64,000 nt of DNA from the human T2T-CHM13v2.0 reference genome, Homo sapiens, in assembly GCF_009914755.1 (NCBI RefSeq), contig NC_060929.1; one strand, 5' to 3'. Positions 58,298 through 64,000 of this stretch are shown piece after piece. The notes beneath the pieces are model-generated. The model was not told where the DNA came from, did no database searches, and saw only the letters and a list, made by a program, of their open reading frames with translations. The position numbers and the translations under genes are program-made. Position 1 is the first letter of the stretch, and each line of letters starts with the position of its first letter.

Positions 58298-58465
58298 TTA
58301 GGAGTCATGGAACCCGACTTCCAGGCCTAGGTCTGCCACCAGTGAGCAACTGTGTCATCAGATAAGTCACATAACCTGATAAACTTCTTAGTTTTCCCCT
58401 TCATGAAGCATAAAAGTTTGACAAAATTATTCTTAGGGTCTCTCTTGGCTCTCAACGTCTAAGTC
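58298..58465 (+). mobile_element. MIR fragment
   Basis: ggagtcatgg...tctgccacc...ctgtgtcatcagataagtcacataacct. Confidence 0.6.
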
Positions 58466-59551
58466 TTTATAAGGCAGATTAGCATTCAGATATTTGCCAA
58501 ATAATTATTTCTTTTGATGTAATATAAATGTTTTTGTTCTTGTTAAACCTTTCTACTTTTTCATCATGACACGTGCAATGATCTCTATATTACATGCATA
58601 TATATAATATATATATATGTGTGTACATATATATGTGCATATATATATATATGATCTATTGATGTCCTTGTAAAGAGTATAAGTGAGCATCTCAGATATG
58701 GAACCAACCAGACTTCCGAGATGTAAAGAACAAACAACATTTTTTTTCCTCATCGCTCCTCATTAAACTTAATCTATGGAATAGTGTTTTTCCAACCCTA
58801 GGTAAAGTCTTTAGCATCTCAGCAGATCTGAACTCTGCAAGAAAATTAAAAGTCCACCCCGTTGAAAAATCATGGGACACCTTATGCCACACTCGCACAG
58901 CTGTTTCACAGTTAACTTGGGGCTTCTCTTCCACTCTGGCTCCAACCAGCCTCCAAATCAGATTCATGTAGTGCGTGTAGTGGGCAGAAATGTTGTCCTC
59001 GTCATGGACTGTTTCTCCCGCTATGAGATAAACTGTTCCACCCTGTTTCTTCCTCACTAGCTGCTGTTTGGAGCCCTGAGAGAAGAGAGACTAGAAGGAA
59101 AGGTAAGGAAGTAGTTATTTTCCTGGTAAAGTTGTAATGTGGTCGTGTTTCCATGTGGTGTGGTATCTTCAAAATGTTGACTTTTTTCTCTCGTTGCATG
59201 CATCCTTGTCCCTGCAAACTCTGGAAGTTCAGGTCATTACCTGCCCAGTCCCACCTTACTCTTTTCACGTTTAGATAGGTGGGAATCAGGAAGTCATCCT
59301 CTTGTCTTCTAAATTCTAAGGTATACAGCCAGCCTTTCCATGGAGTTCTCTTAAAACCTTCTTCGACTGGCTTCCAGGAAAGGGAAAACAGCAAATCAGA
59401 GCACTGTCTGCAGAGAAGGTCCTTATGACTGGACTTTTCAAAAACCCAAGGAATTCTGTCTTCTGTTTTGCAAGCTAGAGGGAAATAAAAGGGCCACACC
59501 TGCAAAGCTGTTTCACAGTTTCTTGGCTAGGACTCATGGCTGCTTTAGACT

Positions 59552-59682
59552 CTTGCTATTCAAAGTGTAGTCTTTGGACCAAGGGCAATGGCTTTACCTG
59601 GGAGCTTGTTAGATACACAAACATTGCATTGTACCAAATCCCCAGGTGATTCTTATACACTTTAAAATTTGAGAGGCACTAA
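59552..59682. mobile_element. MER5A-like, internally deleted
   Basis: ctattcaaagtgtagtc...acctgggagcttgttaga...tccccaggtgattcttatacactttaaaatttgagaggcact. Confidence 0.75.
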
Positions 59683-60264
59683 TCAAGAACTTGGAATGGA
59701 TAGTGCCTAAAAATGTGCCTAGGAGTCTCTGCTGAGGCCAGGAAAAGTCATATTCAGCACCCTGTTACATACACATACACCATAAGGTTATAAACAATAA
59801 AATATTGAGTCAGGACATGGATAGAAAGGAATGAAAAGAGAAGATGAGGTGGCAAATTTTTAACACTAATTAGGTCAGATGGAATAAATTTTAGGGTTAG
59901 CAAGCGTTTCGTCTGATGTCATCACATTGGTACTTGTAGAAGTTTTATTTTCCATTTATTTTCAGTTTATTTTTCACTTTGAGCCTTGGTTGCATGTTTC
60001 CCCCCCATCTTTTGTTAATTGCTTTTCCTGCCATGTCTTAGTCTTTGCCCTCCTAACCCCACTGTGCTAAGTCAGCAGTTTGGGTTCTTTATTTGTTTAG
60101 TTCATGTGATTCAGAGATTTCTTTTTGTAAACTTGGTAAACTTTTCCATATTTCCAGTTATACTGTTAGTGGGTTTGGAACATTTTTTCCATTTATAGAA
60201 CCCTTATTGAAGTTGTTGAGTCTTGGAACTGTTAACTATTCAGTTATTTGTCATAAAAATATGG

Positions 60265-60267
60265 CGT

Positions 60268-60313
<46 letters not shown>
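60265..60313. repeat. (TG)n microsatellite
   Basis: About 24 units. Confidence 0.95.
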
Positions 60314-60315
<2 letters not shown>

Positions 60316-60889
60316 AATGGGAGTCAGTTTAAATAATTACAAAGAAATTGAGGCTAAATAAAACTGCAATTTGTTGTTTTGTCAGTAGGCCAGTATGCAC
60401 TACTTACACATTAAAAACATATACATTTCAACATTTTTGTTTCCTTTAATTGTAACTGACTTATCTGAAAAGCTTTGGGCTGGACTTAATTTCTGCACGC
60501 CATCTGTTACCACTGGATTTTAGACCATTCTGTTTGGCTCAGGCACATAGAGCACAGTTAATTTCCCCATCACTCTTCTGAATGCAACTATTTATATTAC
60601 AATTTGTCAAGTTAAACATATTTTGATATATTAACTTCTTCTTCTTTTTCTGGCAAATGAAACTTTTATCTTCAATTGAAGTTTTTAATAGTTGAAGACG
60701 TTTAAGATAAACAAACCTCAAGGACTTTTTCTTCCATTCTTACATTTCTTTGTTAGACACCCACTTACCCAACTCTGTGTCTCTACTATTTAAGTATCAT
60801 AATGTTCACTTTGTTTCTCTCACTCTCCTCTTACTGCAGGGCTAGCCAGAAGCAACATTATGCAGCTGGTCTTTGGTAATGCAGCTTTT

Positions 60890-61770
60890 TTTTTTAAGCT
60901 TTAAATTTTGGAATAATTTTATATCTACAGAACAGTGGCAGAACTTTCTCATGTACTATTTACCCAGTTTCTCCTATTAACATGTGACATAATTGTGGTC
61001 TAGTGATCACATCTAGGAAATTGACATTGGTCTATTTACTTGCTATGATTTGAATATTTATCTCCTCTAAAACTCACGTTGAAACTTAATCCTCAATATG
61101 GTAGTATTGAGAGGTGGGGCCTTTAAGAAGTGATTGAGTCATGAGGACTCTGCCCTCATGAATGGATTAATCCATGTATGAATGAATGAATTAGTGGGCT
61201 TATGGGTTACTACCAGCATGGGACTGGTAGTTTTGCAAGAAGAGGAAGAGAGACCTGAGCTAACATGCACGTCCCCCTCACCATGTCATGTCCTGTGACA
61301 CCTTGGGACCCTGCAGAGAGTCCCCACCAGTAAGAAGGCCCACATCAGATATGGCCTCTCCACCTTAGACTTCTCAGCCTCTGTAGTAAGAAATAAATTC
61401 TTTTTCCTTACAAGTAATGCAGTTTAAGGTATTCTGTAATAAGCAACAGAAAATGGACTAAGATATTACTGTAACCAAACTATTTTATTTGGATTTCACC
61501 AGTTTTTCGACGCATGTCTCTTTTCTCTTCCAGGATACCATCCCGGATACCCCATTGCATTTAGTTGTCATCCCTCCTTAGCCTCCTCTGACCTGTGGTA
61601 GTTTCTGGGTTTTTCCTTGTTTTTCATGGCCCTGTGAGTTCAGGGATTTTGTAGAATGTCCCTCAACTTGGGTGTGTCTGATGCCTTTCTCATGCTTAGA
61701 TGCGGGTTATACATTTTTGAGAATAATACTACAGAGGTGACGTGCCCTTGTCATTGTGTGCAAATGGCAG
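60890..61770 (-). mobile_element. L1MC 3' fragment interrupted by an MST LTR
   Basis: aaattttggaataatttt...ggaaattgacattgg | ttttatttggatttcaccagtttt...ttccaggataccatcccggatac. Confidence 0.75.
61041..61465 (+). mobile_element. MSTC-like solo LTR
   Basis: tgctatgatttgaata...gagaggtggggcctttaag...aaatggactaagata; perfect TSD TTACT. Confidence 0.9.
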
Positions 61771-61977
61771 TAACTGACATTGACTTGAATTATAATTGGT
61801 GAAGCTAACCTTGACCACATGCCTAAGGTTTTATCTGGCAGGCAGTCTTTCATTTATACTTTTTGGCCCTACAACCTACTTTCTATACCATATCCCCTTC
61901 TGCTTACCCAGAATGGATAATAATTCCCTTACTTTTGTTAAGATAAATCTCTCAGAATTTTTTTTGTATTCTGCACG

Positions 61978-64000
61978 TATTTATTTTCTAACTTTTATTT
62001 TAGGTTCAAGTGTACATGTGCAGGTTTGTTACATATGTAAATTGCATGTCTTGGGAGTTTGGTGTATAGATTACTTCATCTCTCAGGTAATAAGCATAGT
62101 ACCTGATAGGTAGCTTTTTGATCCTTCCTCTCCTCCCACCCCCCACCATCAAGTAGGCCCTGGTGTCTATTGTTCCCTTCTTTACATCCATGGTATTCAA
62201 TGTTTAGCTCCCACTTATAAGCAAGAGCATGCAGAATTTGGTTTTCTGTTCCTGCATTAGGATAATGGCCTCTAGCTCCATCTATGTTGCTGCAAAGGAT
62301 ACATTCTTGTTTCTTCTATGGCTGTGTAGTATTCCATGGTATATATGTACCGTATTTTCTTTATTCAGCCTTCTGTTGATGGGTATCTAGGTTAGTTCTT
62401 TGCTATTGTGAATAGTGCTGTGATGAGTGAATATGTCTTTGCTATTGTGAATAGTGCTGTGATGAGCATACATGTGTATGTGTCTTTATGGTAGAATAAT
62501 TTATGTTTCTTTGGGCATATACCCCAAAATGGGGCTGCTTGGTAATTTTGAGTTGTTTGAGAAATTGCCACATTGCTTTCCACAGTGGCTGAACTAATTT
62601 ACGTTTTGCTCAGCAGCGTATAAACCTTCTCTTTTCTTGACAACCTTGCTAGGATCCGTTATTTTTTGACTTCTTAATAATAGTCATTCTGACTGGTATG
62701 AGATGCTATCTCATTGTGGTTTTAATTTGAATTTCTCTAATGATTAGTGATGTTGAACATTTTTTCATATGCTTGTTGACTGAATGTATGTCTTCTTTCG
62801 AAAAGTGTGTTCATGTCCTTTGCCCATTTTTTTAAATCCGACTGTTTGTTTGTTTCTTGTAAATTTGTTTTAAGTTCCTTATAGATTCTGGATATTAGAG
62901 CTTGGTCAGAAGCATAGTTTGCAAATATTTTCTCCCATTCCTTAGGTTGTCTGTTTACTTTATTGATAGTTTCTTTTGCTCTGCAGAAGCTCTTTAATTA
63001 GGTACCACTTATCAATATTTGTTTTTGTTACAATTGCTTTTGGCATCTTCATCATGAAATCTTTGCCAGGGCCTATGTCCAGAATGATATTTCCTAAGTT
63101 ATATTCTAGATTTTTTTTTTATAGTTTTGGGTTTTACATTTAACTCCTTAGTCCATCTTTAGTTGATTTTTGTATATGGTATAATAAAGGAGTCTAGTTT
63201 CAGTCTTCTTCATATGGTTATCCTGTTATCCAATCATCATTTATTGATAGGTAGTCCTTTCCCTATTGCTTGTTTTTGTCAACATTGTTGAAGTTCAGAT
63301 AGTTCTAGGTGTGTGGCATTATTTCTGGGCTTTATTTTCTTTTCCATTGGTCTATGTGTCTGTTTTTGTACCAGTACCATGCTGTTTTGGTTATTGTTGC
63401 CTTGCAGTATAGCTCAAAGTTGGGTAATGTGATGCCTCCAGGTTTATTCTTTTTACTTAGGACTGCCTTTGCTATTCAGGCTCTTTTTTGGTTCCATATG
63501 AATTTTAAAATAGTTTTTTCTAATTTTGTGAAGAACATTATTGGTAATTTGATAGGTAATTTGAATCTGTACATTGCTTTGGGCAGTATGGCCATTTTAA
63601 CAATATTGATTCTTCCTATCCATGAGCATGGAATGTTTTTACATTTGTTTGTGTCATCTCTGATTTTTTTTTAACAGTGTTGTAGAGATCTTTCACCTGC
63701 CTGGTAAGCCGTATTCCTAGGTATCTTATTCTTTTTGTGGCTATTATGAATAAGATTGCATTCTTGATTTGGCGCTCAGCTTGGACATTATTGGTGTATA
63801 GAAATGCAACTGATTTTTGTACATTGATTTTGTATTCCGAAACTTTGGTGAACCTGTTTATCAGATCTAGGAGCTTTTGGGCCCAGAGAAACTATGGGGT
63901 ATTCTAGGTATAGAATAGTATCATCTGCAAGTAGAGATAGTTTGACTTCTTCTCTTCCTATTTGGTTGCCTTTTATTTCTTCCTCTTGCCTGATTGATCT
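61978..64000 (-). mobile_element. Older L1PA (about PA15/16) 3' UTR and ORF2 end, running off the window
   Basis: aacttttattttaggttcaagtgtacatgtgcaggtttgttaca...aataagcatagtacctgatagg; antisense ORF2 continues to the window end. Confidence 0.92.

Noticed and set aside
58692-59505. 121-aa and 167-aa minus-strand ORFs in unique DNA
   Set aside because: No recognisable domain or coding-like composition; lengths are plausible by chance in six frames of 64 kb.

Overview
This is primate genomic DNA (hominoid-like: Alu, L1PA, LTR12, THE1/MST), repeat-rich and non-coding, probably intergenic or deep intronic. I recognise no host protein-coding exon; the longest ORFs in the track come from L1 ORF2, MaLR-internal, Alu, LTR12 and microsatellite sequence. 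Best-supported structures: (1) a degenerate U6 snRNA copy fused to an old L1M 3' end (apparent U6/L1 chimeric retrocopy), inserted in L2 and later split by an LTR12C-like solo LTR; (2) a 3.5-kb L1PA with a twin-priming 5' inversion and target-site duplication (TSD); (3) a complete two-LTR MST (MaLR) element with a perfect 5-bp TSD; (4) an unexplained ~100-bp inverted-repeat pair bracketing ~1 kb at 24.3-25.5 kb; (5) a decayed hAT/Charlie-type transposase remnant near the start. Subfamily names come from remembered consensus sequences and need RepeatMasker/Dfam confirmation. I found no evidence of a new multi-gene system.
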